DNA of 58,920 nucleotides, counting the filler, from Dugesia japonica (Eukaryota): assembly GCA_001938525.1 (NCBI GenBank). It is 4 parts of 4 records of this genome, joined end to end, with 100 filler letters (N's around TTAATTAATTAA, not from the genome) between each part and the next. Parts side by side here need not be neighbours in the genome. Positions count along the whole stretch, not along the records: positions 17,852 to 27,667 come from MQRL01561371.1; positions 27,768 to 42,558 come from MQRL01591354.1; 2 more parts are not named here. One strand, written 5' to 3'. Positions within the stretch are counted from its first letter, which is position 1, and the number at the start of each line of letters is the position of its first letter. Under the pieces are notes generated by a model, which did no database searches, had not been told where the DNA came from, and saw nothing but the letters and a program-made list of their open reading frames with translations. The position numbers and the translations under genes are program-made. This document shows, in pieces, positions 22,000 through 35,783 of this stretch.

Positions 22000-24760
22000 A
22001 AATTTGTCCACATTTCTCTTCAATTTCTGTCTATTTTATCCTTGTACTGCATACTGTATTTCGTGAATTTTCTACATTATTCGATTATAACCTGCTTTGA
22101 TAAAACTGATTTGATTTCCTGTTTCTATCTTGATGAGGACATAATCTCCTAATTCTCCATTAGTAGTCACTTCTGAAATATTTTCTTTAGTTTTATCTGA
22201 GACATCTAACTCGTACCCATTTTCGATGCTAAATATCTTTCCAAATACGATTTCAGTCGGGTTTTTTCCAGATATTTTTTACTTTGTCGCATTAATCGTA
22301 AATTCTTTTTCCAGTAATAATTTTGCCCAAGCTGTTGTCTTTTTCTCTTGAAATACTTCATTAATTAAATCTAAAATTGTCCTAAACTGTCTTTCAATTT
22401 AGCCATTTGCACTGTGATAAAATGACTTGAAAAAGCAACGTTTAATATCTAACTTCTGTGCGAAATCTCTTATAACTTTCGATTGAAAGTCTTTTTTACA
22501 ATGAAATATTTTCTTTCTTGGATATCCAAATCTAAAATTTAACTACTCAAAAATAACTTTTTTTTATTGTTTTCTAGTTTTGTCTAAGCAATTCTATGTA
22601 AACCAGATATTTATTGAAATATTCTTCTATTCAAAGAATGTATTTTTCCGTATTGGCCCACATATACTCGTGAATATGACTTCAAACAAACTGGTAGCTT
22701 CTAATCTATTTGTACTCATTTTAGTTACGGGATTCAGGTTACGTTAGTTTTATTAATTGTCATAACGCTTAAATTGATGTTTAACAAGTGAAGTTTGGTA
22801 ATCTAATATAATTTTTACTTTTGGATTCTTTTATTTATTCCGAATATTTAATATAAATAAATATTCTGGTAAAACTATGATTAACTAAGATTAAAATAGA
22901 AAATATTATAACATTTCATAAATGACCAATACAANNNNNNNNNNNNNNNNNNNNNNNNNNNNNNNNNNNNNNNNNNNNNNNNNNNNNNNNNNNNNNNNNN
23001 NNNNNNNNNNNNNNNNNNNNNNNNNNNNNNNNNNNNNNNNNNNNNNNNNNNNNNNNNNNNNNNNNNNNNCAGCTCCATTCTGAAGATCTGGATTTTTGGG
23101 GACACCAGATTAAATTCTTGGCGGGGTTTTAGTAGGCCAATCATCCTAGACAAATTAATTAAAAAATTTCCCCACTTAGATAAAACCTCAACACATGTCT
23201 AGAATTACTACGTAATTGGTTTTTTTGTCATCATCATGAAACCTAGAGCGTTAGCTGTGTCCTAAGATTAAATTTTCTACCGTAAAAATAATTGTTTGAA
23301 ATGCATGCAGCAATAACTCTTTTCGTATTGTACAGTATACCTTTTCATGACGTGTCATTGAAATTAATCAATAGGCAAGAACTCTTTTTTTTCTTTATCT
23401 CTCTAATTTAAAACTGTTCCAATTTTATCAAAACATAGAGTCAGTATTTAATATAATTTCTCTATTTATACCTTTAAAACACAATTTTGGCGGAGTTATT
23501 AGAGGTTTTCTTCAGACCCTTAAAAGTATCGTTTATTTCATCTGTCCATTCTAACTTTCTACAAAACGTTTCTAAAATCATGAATTTCTTGTCTAGTTTT
23601 CTATAAACTTCTGTAGTAATTGCGAATCCTATCTTAACGCAGTTAGGTTTGTTAAATATTCTTATTGCTTTAATTTTATATCCATCAGTTATTACACCAT
23701 CCATGCTAATTATGTCACCAAAATATTTGATTTTGATTTGAAAAACCTGACATTCTTCTAGATTAATTCATAAAACAGCATTCATTATTTCAGTCAATAC
23801 TCTATCAATTACTTCATCATGTTGAATGTCATCAATATATACTACGGCACAATTAATTCTGACAAACACTACTTTCATCGTCTCCTAAAATACACTCGGT
23901 GTGGCTGCTATGTTAAATGGCATTTCATTAAAACAATATTCTTCGTGTTTCAAAGTAAAAATCTATTTTCTGTGATTTGTCTACAAAGCTCTAACTGATA
24001 GTAAACATTTCCCAAAGTTATGAAATGAAATATTTTTCTCCATCTAACTTATTTAGCATTTCATCAATATTATGCATCGGAAAGGCGTGTCTTTTTGTCA
24101 CTGCATTTAATTGTTTGAAATCTAAACATATTCATATTTCCTTTTTTCCTTTTTCCAAACAGAAATCAGTTTAGTATTACACGAAGAGTTGCATTTCCGG
24201 ATAATAAGTTTTTCCAAAAGTTATTGGATAGCTTCATCAATATCCGCGTCTTAGTTTATTGGTTACCGGTACGGTTTTACATTGATAGGTTCATCAATTT
24301 TGATTACTTTGTGTTTTGTAAGATGTCGCCATCCTATATCATATCTATAAGTCATGAAAACATCTTTTTTATTTTCAATTAATTTCAATAACAGTTGTTA
24401 CTCTTTACTCTTCAAACTATACAAAGGTCTTTTCACTCACTTTATCTTTTTACTTTGTCCCTACAATTCTGCTTCAATTATGCAAATGTGATTTTTAACT
24501 TTTTCATCCATTTTACAATCAAATTTCGTACAAACTGGTATCCAATGATTTTCTATCTATCTATTCTTCCAATCAGATATGATGTCGCTCTTTCTGCAAC
24601 TAAAAATGTAACCTCTTTTCAAACGTCATTATTTGTCACCCCAGTTCTAACTTTCCTAACCATATCTAGTGTACTATCGCTTGCACAACTCAATCATTTG
24701 TCGCTCATTTCTAAATGCATTTCTTGTATTATATTAAACAACTCTAACTAATAACGTTGA
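22000..24760 (-). mobile_element. Gypsy pol remnant (protease end, RT, RNase H, integrase)
   Basis: CLDFKQLNAVT..AFPM (~24080-24130), VYIDD (~23830-23845), RNase H remnants at 23200-23460, YHSANG*IERQFRTI integrase motif (~22380-22420). Confidence 0.8.
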
Positions 24761-24899
24761 TTCGAGTTTATGTATCTAAAAGACATTCAACTTTATATCC
24801 TTAAAATTATACATTAACACTTGGTCTTTCTTATAATTCATGTTACGAAATATATGTAACCTGTTCTGCTTCAATTACTCCAATCTATTATATTTTTTA

Positions 24900-26720
24900 T
24901 CCTCCCAAAAAGTTTCTTCTTTAAGAACCTATAAACATTTTCTTTAACTTTTCCGATATCATACATACTATTTGACCCAATGGTATAAGAACCATATATT
25001 TACTGTACTGGTCGATTATCAGAAGAATGTATTTTTTCGTCCACTTGTTTCCCGCATTGACCCACATATATCTGTGAATATCACTTCAAATAAATTGATA
25101 GCTTCTAAACTCTTTGTCTTCTCTTTAGTTGACGTTGTCACTACTTTGGTCTTCTGAAAAATTTCACAACTACGAACTATCTTCTGTATTTGGCTGCACA
25201 AATTCTTTGCAGTATATTTGTTTCTTATATATTCGTACACCTTTTCAAGCCCTAAATGATCTAATAATTTATGTATTTCTTCTATTGTTTCATGTAGTTT
25301 TTTCATCCAGAATTTTCATTTTCTTGATCAAACCTGTTTCCTCAGAAAAGTTTTAATGATCTTATTTTTCCTTTTCAATTATGTTCAATATTTTCGTTTT
25401 AATCGTCCCTTTCTTGGCATCTTTATGTGACATTTGACACTGTACACATAATTCACATCTTGGTCTAGAAAACATATCTCCATTAGCATGTTGAATTCCT
25501 TTTCTATATTCCTAAACGATGTCTAAATTGCTCAGATAATTAATCCATGTTTGGAATTGCGACGTAATTGAATTCTTTGTCGTCATCATGAAAGATAGAG
25601 CTGTGTGATCTGTTCTAAGAGTAAATCTTCTACCGTACAAGTAATGTTTGAAATGCATACCAAAATAATACACAGCCAATAACTCTTTTTATGTAATGCA
25701 GGATTCCTTTTTCATGACTTGTTATTGAGTGTGATCTATAGGCAACAACTCTTTCTCTTCCTGATATATCTTTCTGTGATAATACTGCTCCGATTGTATC
25801 AAACTGGAATCTGTATCTAATATAAATTCTTTGTTTATGTCCGGAAAACACAATATTGGTGTAGTCATTAGAGATTATTTCAGACCCTCAAAAGTATCAT
25901 TTATTTCATTTGCCCATTCTAATTTGTTGTTGCTTGGTCCACTACACAACTGCTTTAGTATATTTTATTTTCTTGCGTAGTTTTCTATCAAACCTCTGTA
26001 ATAATTACAAATTCTAAAGAAACTTTGTAACTTCTTCAAAGAATGTTCTTATAGCTTCTATTTTAGCCGGATCAGTTCTAACACCATCTCTGCTAATTAT
26101 GTGTCCAAGAAACTTGATTTCGCTTTGAAAAAATTGACACTTTTCTTGATTAATTCTTAGACCAGCTTTCATTATTTCTGTCAATACTCTTTTAATTAAT
26201 TCATAACGTTGATCTTTATTGTTCGTAAATATCAGGATGTCATCAAGATAAACCATGGCTCCATTGATTCCGCCTATCACTTTTGTCATCATCTCTTGAA
26301 ATGTTTCTGGTGCCACTGCGATGCCAAATGGCATTCTATTAAAACAATATTTTATATGTCTCGTTGAAAACGCTGTTTTTTCTTGACATTCTTTTTCAAT
26401 CTTTACCTGATAGTATGCATTTCATTAATCTAATGAACTGAAATCTAACTCCATCTAACTTGTCCAGCATTTCATCGACATTAGGCATAAAAAAGCTAGT
26501 TTTTTCGTCCTGTAGAAAACAAGACTTTCATCCAAATAAATTACACACTAAATCTAATTCATTAGTTTTTGGAAATATGCAGATGTCCAGCATAATCCGA
26601 AAGGCAATCTGTTAAACTCAAATTGTGCTAAAAGCAGTTTTCGGAATATCTTCTTCAATTATTAAGACGTGTTAATACCTACTTGACAAATCTAGACTTG
26701 TGAAATACATTGAAGACTTA
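24900..26720 (-). mobile_element. Second Gypsy pol remnant (RT with YLDD, RNase H, integrase N-terminus) plus an extra RT fragment
   Basis: MPFGIAVAPETFQ..VYLDDILI..KC..IKFLGH (26014-26334); IGAVLSQ; RTDH; integrase HKLLDHLG..VRSCEIFQ..DICG (25019-25306). Confidence 0.9.
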
Positions 26721-27168
26721 AATTCTTCAACTTTTCCATATTTTTTCCAGCAAATCTTTATTTAACAAACAAGAAACTAATCTTTTCTGTTCTTTCTTCT
26801 GGGTAATTATTTAAGAAACAAAATACAATTTACAGCGCTTTATGAATTTTTCAATATCATCTCGTTTTCAAAACACATTTGGTAATAACATATCTGTAAT
26901 TAAATAGTTATTCACCGATGCCATTATCTTCTAAAGATAATGAATTTTCTAAATCGTAACAATTAATTTTACACATATTTATATTTCCAATTTAAAACTA
27001 TACATTTATTTAATAAAACAAAGTGAAATAGAAACTAATAATTAATAAAAAATAATTTATCTCAATTCCAATTGGTTGAAATCATTATTATGCATTTCCT
27101 TATAAAAGCTATTAAACTTAATACGCATAACAAACCATCACTTGGTTTATTTCTTCCAATGCCTCTGT

Positions 27169-27667
27169 AGTAGAAAGATAGTGGCGGGAAGCACCACCTG
27201 TGTGCGAACCCCCCCACCGATTAGTGATGTAATTAGTGCGATTATCTGAAATTTGATCGTTAATCTATGATGTAATTACATCATCGGTAATTTAATCCAT
27301 CAATTAAATTTATTATCTGAAATTTAATAGTTAATCTATGATGTTATTACATCATCGGTAATTTAATCCATCAATTAATTTTATTATGCAATTTTTAATT
27401 AGAATTATTTTTTACAATAATTTTAATCCTACAATTAAATTTATTATGCAATTTCTAACTGGTGTTACTTTTTCCTGTGTATTTAGTTGGGAAAATTTTT
27501 CAAGCTTATTAGACGGCAATGTGGTGTAACTTTTTCCTTTGTTTTTAGTTGGCAATATTTTTCCGTGTGGATTTAGTCAGCAATATTTTTCCGTGTGTAT
27601 TTAGTTGGGAAAATTTTTCTAATGTAAATAGGCGGCAATATTTTTTACAGGCTTTTTAGGTGGTAAT
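27169..27667 (+). repeat. Putative terminal (TIR-like) fragment of another Polinton-like or DNA element, with internal tandem repeats
   Basis: Starts AGTAG, GC-rich CTGTGTGCGAACCCCCCCACCG box, two ~69-bp repeats, then ~30-bp TTTTCCGTGTGTATTTAGTTGGGAAAATT units; same motifs recur at 52675-52964; runs into the scaffold end. Confidence 0.45.
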
Positions 27668-27767
27668 NNNNNNNNNNNNNNNNNNNNNNNNNNNNNNNNN
27701 NNNNNNNNNNNTTAATTAATTAANNNNNNNNNNNNNNNNNNNNNNNNNNNNNNNNNNNNNNNNNNNN
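27668..27767. other. Artificial scaffold-joining spacer
   Basis: N44-TTAATTAATTAA-N44. Confidence 0.95.
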
Positions 27768-28552
27768 TAAAGATTGTTTTGAAATTACTGAAAATATGTT
27801 CAGTAATTTCAAAAATTCATAAAAGTGACTTTACTGGTATTTGATAAAAAAAGCCAAAGAATTATAGTTGTACCAATTCAGAAACCTTTGCAGGCATGCT
27901 CAGAACAACTCACAAAAGTTTTATTGCAATCGGATGAATTGTATAGAAACGCATTCGAGACAAACAAACAAACACCCATCGTTATATATATGTGTGTTAT
28001 TGTTATGTATTTTGATTGTTCAACCGTCTTCATCAGACAAAAATGAGTTTATTCAGTCTATATTATTTAAACAAAGATTCAAACAATTATACAGAATATA
28101 AGATTGTTATAATTCTTAATTTTTTAAATTTTATCAATTTTTCAGTAAAATTTTATTCTAATAAAAGGTTTTACTATAATATTTTTTAATAAAATTATTA
28201 TTTTAAACTTATAAAAATAAAAGAAACCCAAAAAGAACCTTTTTCAAAAAAATTTTAAAATGAAATAATTTTAATACATTTTAAATTTAAAAAAATTTGT
28301 ATAAGATAAAATGAATTTGGTATGATGTCAAATCTTTGAATTTTAACTTAAAACATCGTCAAAAAATAAAGTTTTCCTACCACTGTGCTAGTCACTCAAG
28401 TGAATATTTAGGGCTAAAGTTATTTATGTGCATGTGTGTTTTAGTCCCAACAAGAAAAGGTTCAAATATTACTGTTATTGATAAGCAATGAAAATACTAA
28501 AATATTTTTGAAAACTAAAATTAATAATTAATATTATTCAACCACATACCAC

Positions 28553-29250
28553 AATTCCCTTTCTTTTAAGAGTTGATCATATATTTAGATTTGGGTTCCA
28601 CTCTTTCGTTGAATATCGCCTTTTACATTGTTTTGAATTGTCTATAGGAACATATTTTATATCACTAGTATTAACTGCCGAATATGAGGCACTAATTATT
28701 GATTCTTTAACCGTTTCTTTTATATTTCTGATTGATTTGATTCGTTTAACTTTGTGGAGATTTAAACGAATTACTTTTATTCCATCGTCTAATTCTAAAT
28801 TATAATTAGTGAGAAACTTGCTTACCATCCAAGGTCCTGTATATCATTTTTTAAATAATCTTTTCTCTTTAGTTTTTACCATTATCCAATCTCCAATATT
28901 TGATGTAGTGTTCTTGTTTTTTGTTTTATTTTATTTTAGAATCGGTCTTCTTTTTTCTTTCTTTCAGTTTTTCTTTTTTGGAAACAATCGAAAACAATTC
29001 ATTATTATCTTTAGATTCCTTTTCATAATCACAACTAACTTCATCATATTCAATATTCGAATCTTCAACAAGCTTTTTTCTGAACATTGGATCTTTTTGC
29101 TGCTTTATAAAATNNNNNNNNNNNNNNNNNNNNNNNNNNNNNNNNNNNNNNNNNNNNNNNNNNNNNNNNNNNNNCATTTCTATAATAACATTTTATTTCT
29201 TGTTTGATCTTTTGAACTGGATACTTTGGAGAATCTGTTTCATGATTTCT
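28553..29250 (-). mobile_element. Gypsy integrase C-terminus with polypurine tract
   Basis: GPWMVSKFLTNYNLEL (GPY/F-like module); minus-strand AAAAGAAAGGGAA followed by TGTGG at about 28553. Confidence 0.6.
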
Positions 29251-29265
29251 TCCAAATACATTATA

Positions 29266-32200
29266 TGTTATATATCATTTAAAAAATTATATAAAGTTTT
29301 AAATTTGTTAATATTAAATGATATTATTTAAATAATTCATTATTAATAAATAGTTTTTTTGTTTAAATAAATAATTATGGAAAGTTCTAGTCTTTTAACT
29401 GACGACTACGCCAAAATAAGCGTACTGGCGAAAAATAAAAAGATGATAATCAAAAGATTTTTGCAAAGGTGCCATTTTCAACACAAGAAGTGGTTATTCC
29501 AAAATCAACTTTTTCGAGGGTTTATCTGAAGTAGCTGATGAATGGATTCAATCAACAAAAGAGTTTGCTGCGTTTAATCAAATGTTAATGAGACGAGATG
29601 CGAAAGAATTATGGGTAGCAAAATGCAAAGAAGAAGTAATTTTGACGAATGAGGTTTGTGAAAAATGGTTTTGTGAGCCATTTGTGATTTCAGATACACT
29701 GGTTAATAAAATAACACTTTTGTCGANGATCAAACAAAACCCAATTGAAAATATCGTAATTTCGTGTTAAGAGTCAGAAAAATAATAAACGAATTTTTTG
29801 CGAGTGAAACAATCCTAGATGAAATTGCAACAATATTTGTAATTAATGGTGTACGAAGAAAAACAATGAAAGAATCTTTTGTTCTTCAACCAGAACTTAC
29901 TGATATGCAAAAACGAGAATTAACCAACAATGTGGATAAATTGATACCGACATATTTTATTGATGTGGTAAAACAAACAGCAATGCAGATACAGTGACGA
30001 CTGATGATTATCAGTCAAAGTTTTTAAAAACTCATCCATGAATGTATACTCAAAACGATCAAACTAAAAAAACGTTGGCCGTTAGTTTTCAAAGAGAAAC
30101 AGTATCGCACAAATGAAATTCAGACACAAAGACGGGCCCAAAACAATAATTTTTCTTGATACTCGATGAAGTGAATAGCCAATAAGCTTTATTACAAAGT
30201 CAAAGGAAAGAATCCTCAGAGAGAAAAAGTTTTAACACCGGGAGCATATTTCTGTTATGAAGATACAAGACCTAGAAGAATGAATNGTCCATTAAAGACA
30301 AATGTTTGATATGGGGAAAAGAAATCCATAATTTTAGGGATTTCCCATTAATTCAAATAAGACATTCTATATTTCCAAATATTTGGTGTATTTCAAAAGA
30401 ATATGATATGCTATCTTACAGTGGGGAACAAATTATATATATACACAATGTTTTTTAAGACGACGATGATAAAAAACGATTAGCAACCCACTGCATCCAT
30501 CTCCTCAGTGAGGTTGCAATAACAGAGAAAATACTCCAAGATGATTGATATTGGATCATAAGATGTTTCAGAAAAAAGATGGGAGAGAATGGAGTTTTAT
30601 GCGTTGCAATGGATATGACATTGAGATGTTGTAGGATTCAGGAACAGCAATATCAGTCATGAGTGCGGAGGTTTGAAAAAGAATAGGATCACCTGATTTA
30701 TCATCGTTACACATTATTCTAGCAGGAGTTTTTTCTGAAAAAGGAGAAAATTTTTCGGGAAAACTAAACTGAAATTACAATCAAATGGGAAGCTAAGAGA
30801 GAAAGAAGTAATAATTGTTAGAAATGTTTGTCCCAAATTTATCGGAGGTATTGATATGATGAAGCTATTTTGAATGAAAATTACTGAAGTTGATTTATTA
30901 ACTCAAACGATGGAAATCTATTTACCGATAATACAGAAAGAGTGGAAAATTACTTTAATACTTCAAATAATTTTAGTCAAGAAATAAGAGAAATGATAGA
31001 AACTTACAAAGATATATTTATGGTATCAAAATTTGATCTTGGANNNNNNNNNNNNNNNNNNNNNNNNNNNNNNNNNNNNNNNNNNNNNNNNNNNNNNNNC
31101 TAAAGCACTTGGAAAATAAAATAGATGAATTGCTAGAAAATCTTAATAATCAAATATTATATTATTACAGAAGTCCATGTAATTCCCAATTAGTAATTGT
31201 ATCAAAGAAAGATGGGACAATAATAACGTGTCTTGATTTTAGAAAATTGAATTCAATTACAGAAAAGTATTCGTTTCCAGTTTCAGATATTTAACTATTA
31301 GTAGATACGCTTGAGGGATCAATTTTATTTTCTTCTTTANATTTAGGGCAAGCATATTATCAAATTGAACTAAGCGAAGAATCAAAGCTGAAGACTGCTT
31401 TTAGTACAAAGATGGGTCAATTTTATTTTAATCGAATGCCCTTCAGATTATGTACTGCACTGGTAACATTTCAAAGCTTGATGCATAAAATATTTGAAGG
31501 AATGTTGTACAAAGACGTATTAGTTTATCTGGGTGATATTTTACTATATGGTAAAACTAAAGAGGAGCACGACAAAAATAAATCTAAGTAAATGTGTGTT
31601 CAATTCCAAGAAGCTGAAATCTTTAGGACATGCAATTAGCGCTTAAGGTGTAGAGACAAATGATGAAACCATAAAAAATTTGAGAAGCCGTAACGCCAAA
31701 ATGAACCACGCAAATACTAGCGTTCTTAAGATTAACAAATTATTACAGGCGTTTTATAAAAGATTATTCTTTACTTGCAGCACCATTGTATGCATCAACG
31801 ACAGGACAAGAAAAGAACATTGAATGGACAAAGGAAGATAAAATTGTGTAGTGTTCCGATTTTGACTTTCCCATATAACCGGGCAAAGTTATAGGGGACA
31901 GTGATGCTAGTTTTGGAGCAATTTGATTAGTTTTGAGTCAAATAACGGATAATAGATTAGAACAGGTCATAGCATATGGTTCTCTAACTTTAAACGATCC
32001 CGAAAAAGAATATTATGTTACTCGCGAGGAATTGCTAGCTATACATGAGTTTATGATGTATTTTAAACACTATTTGTATGACAAGAAATTTAGAGCAAGA
32101 ACGGATCATAAAGCATTGACTTTTATGGCGAAGACTAGTAAGCCCATTAGATTTTTTTTACAATAGGAATAAAAAATCTAGCAGAATTTAATTTCGATCT

Positions 32201-33669
32201 AGAATTTCGAAAAGGAGCATTTCATGGAAATGCTGATGGACTTTCATGGATAAAAGAGAAACTTTGTTCGCAATGTCAGACTATACGTCAAGATGTCAAA
32301 GGGGGACAATCTCGAGTTAAAAGAATTAACACTTTAGACAAAACAAACTTTGATAAAAGTCATATGAAAGAAGTACAGAGAAACAATCCAATAGCGAAGA
32401 AATCATTAAGTATTTTGAAAGTGAAATGATAAATAATGAGCTGAGCACAATGGTAACCAAAAGTAAATTCTTTTCTAAACTGGAAAAGTTTGAGTTGGAT
32501 GATGAGATACTAATTATCAATGAAGGAGACAAAAAAAGAGTTGTACTAGCAAGAAAATCGATACATAACCTTAATAGAGGCCAAAAACTGACGGAATATT
32601 TTAGTGTAAGTTATTTCTGGCCAAATATCCAAAAAATATAGAACATCAATTAAAAAATGTGTGATATGTAACATGTATAAAACGTACATTGGGCGCACAA
32701 AGAAATGTCTTATTCCAAGAACAGAATTTAGACCATTAAAACTGGTTATCATGGATAACGTTTACTTTCCAGTAGTGAAAACCAAAAAGAAATATGTTCT
32801 CATAATGATTGACTGGTATAGTAAGTTAGTGTCATTTGTAGCGTTAAGTAAACGGAATGAAACTTTAGTAGTTGAGGCAATAAAAATACTGGATATATCG
32901 TTTTGGTAAGCCAAAATCATTTTTGACCGACAGAGCAAATATTTTTGAAGAAACGTTAATGNNNNNNNNNNNNNNNNNNNNNNNNNNNNNNNNNNNNNNN
33001 NNNNNNNNNNNNNNNNNNNNNNNNNNNNNNNNNNNNNNNNNNNNNNNNNNNNNNNNNNNNNNNNNNNNNNNNNNNNNNNNNNNNNNNNNNNNNNNNNNNN
33101 NNNNNNNNNNNNNNNNNNNNNNNNNNNNNNNNNNNNNNNNNNNNNNNNNNNNNNNNNNNNNNNNNNNNNNNNNNNNNNNNNNNNNNNNNNNNNNNNNNGA
33201 AGAAGAATAGTCTTATACAGATTACCACAAAAAAATCCGAAACACAAAGAAATGAAAAACTGGCAGATGAAAATTTTCAGAAAGCAGCTCAAAGATTAAA
33301 TGATTAAGATTTAATGTGAAAAGCAAACGTACAGAAGGGAGAAATGTATTAGTGAAGGTAGGACCACACAAATCAAAAAAAGAAGGTTTCAGTTATAAGG
33401 GTTCTTATATGAAGGTGCAAGTGAATTTATAAGCCCACACCAGGTGCATATAGATTATGCAGGACAGCTTAAACCTAGAAGACTTAAATGGCTGAAGAAA
33501 ATTGAAAATGAAAATAAGAAAGAGAGAGCGCAGTTATATATCATTAAAAAAATGATATAAAGTTTTAAATTTGTTAATATTAAATGATATTATTTGTTTA
33601 AATAATTCATTATTAATAAATAATGTTGTGTTTAAATAAATAATTATGAAAAGTCCAAGTCTTTTAACT
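29266..33669 (+). mobile_element. Near full-length decayed Gypsy LTR retrotransposon (~4.4 kb) with ~135-bp LTRs
   Basis: Direct repeats at 29266-29400 and 33532-33669 ([T/A]GTTATATATC...CTTTTAACT); PBS-like TGACGACTACGCC at 29400; purine tract before 33532; order gag, protease (DSG), RT (CLDFRKLN, MPF), RNase H (RTDHKAL), integrase. No clean TSD. Confidence 0.88.
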
Positions 33670-33672
33670 ATT

Positions 33673-34490
33673 TTAATACTCAATTATTCTTCGTTTTAAG
33701 ATTTCCATTTCGTGCCGTTTTTCTGTGTAGTCATCATTGCTAATAATTTTCATTTTGTCATTATTTCGGGTTTTATCTTCCTTTTTCATGAAATTAAAAG
33801 CTTCTTCAAAAGTGTTTGGTTTCATAATTTCTGTGGCTCTAGCTGCCAAACGATTATTTACTTCTTTTAAAAATATTGGTAAGAGAGTTTTCTCTTTATC
33901 AAATTCATCATAGTCCGGCATTTCTGGACTTCCAGCAACTCTGATGGCAGTTAGATACTGTCTAAGAATCATATCTTCCTGCTTTAACTATAAAATGTTA
34001 ACCGTTGGAGTTACCTTGGTTGACTTAATTTGATATAATTCAATTAACTTTGTCTTCAGCCATTTTTAATTTGCTTTATTGATTTTAAACTATGAAGTTG
34101 ATTGGAGTTCTAAACACGATTCTTCTTCTAAACTTTTCAATAACTTCTCTGAAATTTGAGTTAGATCTTTGCTAAAGGTTTTGAATGTGGTAATATGGAT
34201 TATAAGGATTAAAAATGAAAATTACAATTGAAAGTTTAACAAAGAAAATTTTATAAAAGATTGAAAGCATTGTTTAAGTATTGTTTATATATTCAGTTTT
34301 GAAAGAAGATTAGAAGATTTAAATTTTCGTTTTAATAAATAAAATTTTATTAACTTAAATGAATTTTTTGGAAAATTTATCCGTAACTAACATGGATAGA
34401 AATATTTTCTCCGATGCAAAATATCTTGAAAAACACCATTTTTACATTTAACCAGTCAATAAGTTCCCCCATCAATTATGGTAACGCCAT
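33673..34490 (-). mobile_element. Gypsy gag remnant with PBS-like TGGCG near 34489, interrupted by a solo LTR
   Basis: ORF 33673-33972 (LLPIFL..KPNTFEEA is gag-capsid-like); minus-strand AACA|TGGCGTTACC. Confidence 0.5.
34201..34392 (+). repeat. Solo LTR with 5-bp TSD (TGGAT)
   Basis: Similar to the LTR at 47417-47630 (TGTAAGGATTAAAAA...AACTAACA); flanked by TGGAT at 34196-34200 and 34393-34397. Confidence 0.8.
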
Positions 34491-34565
34491 GTTATTGATA
34501 TGCAATGAAGATACTAAACTTTTATTTGAAAACTACACTTAATAATAAATATTATTAAAACACAT

Positions 34566-35783
34566 TTTTAGAAGTCTGTTTGATTACCATAATATGTATT
34601 AATAAAAATCATGAAAAGGAGGAACAAATTGTAAGTATGATTTGAGCAATCAACATACCTCAATCAGCAAAAAAACATTGACTTATTATGCAACATAAAA
34701 AATATTTGAACTCATAGTCAAATATTAATCATCTGAATGCTCATCATACGCAGTAAGATTGAATTGGCGATAATCTTTTTTCATATCGTGGTTTTCATTG
34801 CATTGGTGTTTCAAATGTTCTAGTCTGTTAAACTGAAAGAATTCTACATTCGGACAATTAACTCTGACATGTCCTTCTTTTTTGCATNCCCAACATTGTT
34901 TAGATCTTTGTGGAAAATTATTTCCCATTTTCTTAAATAGTCTTCCATCAAAACGATTAATGGGATCATTTGAATTAATATATCTTCTGGAATTAGAATA
35001 TCGATTTCTGTTGATTTCCACTAAATTATTCCTTCTGAATAATAACTGGACGAATCGGCTGAAAACCATTAAATTTAGCAGTAGTTGCATAATTCTTCTT
35101 TTCGATTTTAACCACTGCAACATTAGCTTCTCGATTAACCTCATTATTGATAATGTCCATTTTTTGAAATAATATCTTTCATTTTTTCTTGAACCTTTAA
35201 TTTTTATTTATTTTTTAAAATCCATATTTTCAACAGCATTTTTTCTGATTATATAATTTGCTAAAAGATCAGTTTTGTTGAAGATTGAATTTATGGATTC
35301 CTTTCCTCTGCGCTAATTTAATACAGATTATAAATTTTTACCGATATTTGCTGGTTTTACAAAAGCTTTTTTGCATTTTTGGGCAAAATCATCAATTGAA
35401 TCATACATGGATTCATATCTGTTTTTTAAAGCCTATGAGAAAAGAAATGCTTTGATAAATGTTCTTTGAACAGAACCCTGAGTCATTGTTAGCTTATAAA
35501 ATCTTCCTATTTCAATTAAAAATTCTTACACGTCGTCTTCAATATCGAAGGTTTTTGGAGTTGGGACAAATGAAATAAGCGAATTAAACGAATTATGTCC
35601 TTGAATGGTCGCCATGTTAGAAGTCTGTTTAATTACCATAATATTTATTAATGAAAATCTAGAAAAGAAGGAACAAATATATATGTAATTATAATTTGAG
35701 GTATCAAAATACCTCAATCATCAAACAAACGTGTTATGCAACATACAAAACATTTGAACTCATAGTCAAATATTAATTATGCA
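34566..35783 (-). mobile_element. Internally deleted (gag-only) LTR element, ~1.2 kb
   Basis: ~165-bp direct repeats at 34566-~34730 and 35615-35783; minus-strand AACA|TGGCGACC PBS at 35614; gag remnant with CCHC knuckle CWxCKKEGHVRVNC. Confidence 0.75.

Noticed and set aside
32762-33292. Long ORFs spanning N runs (also 52849-53273, 22881-23153 and others)
   Set aside because: Open only because unknown bases contain no stops.
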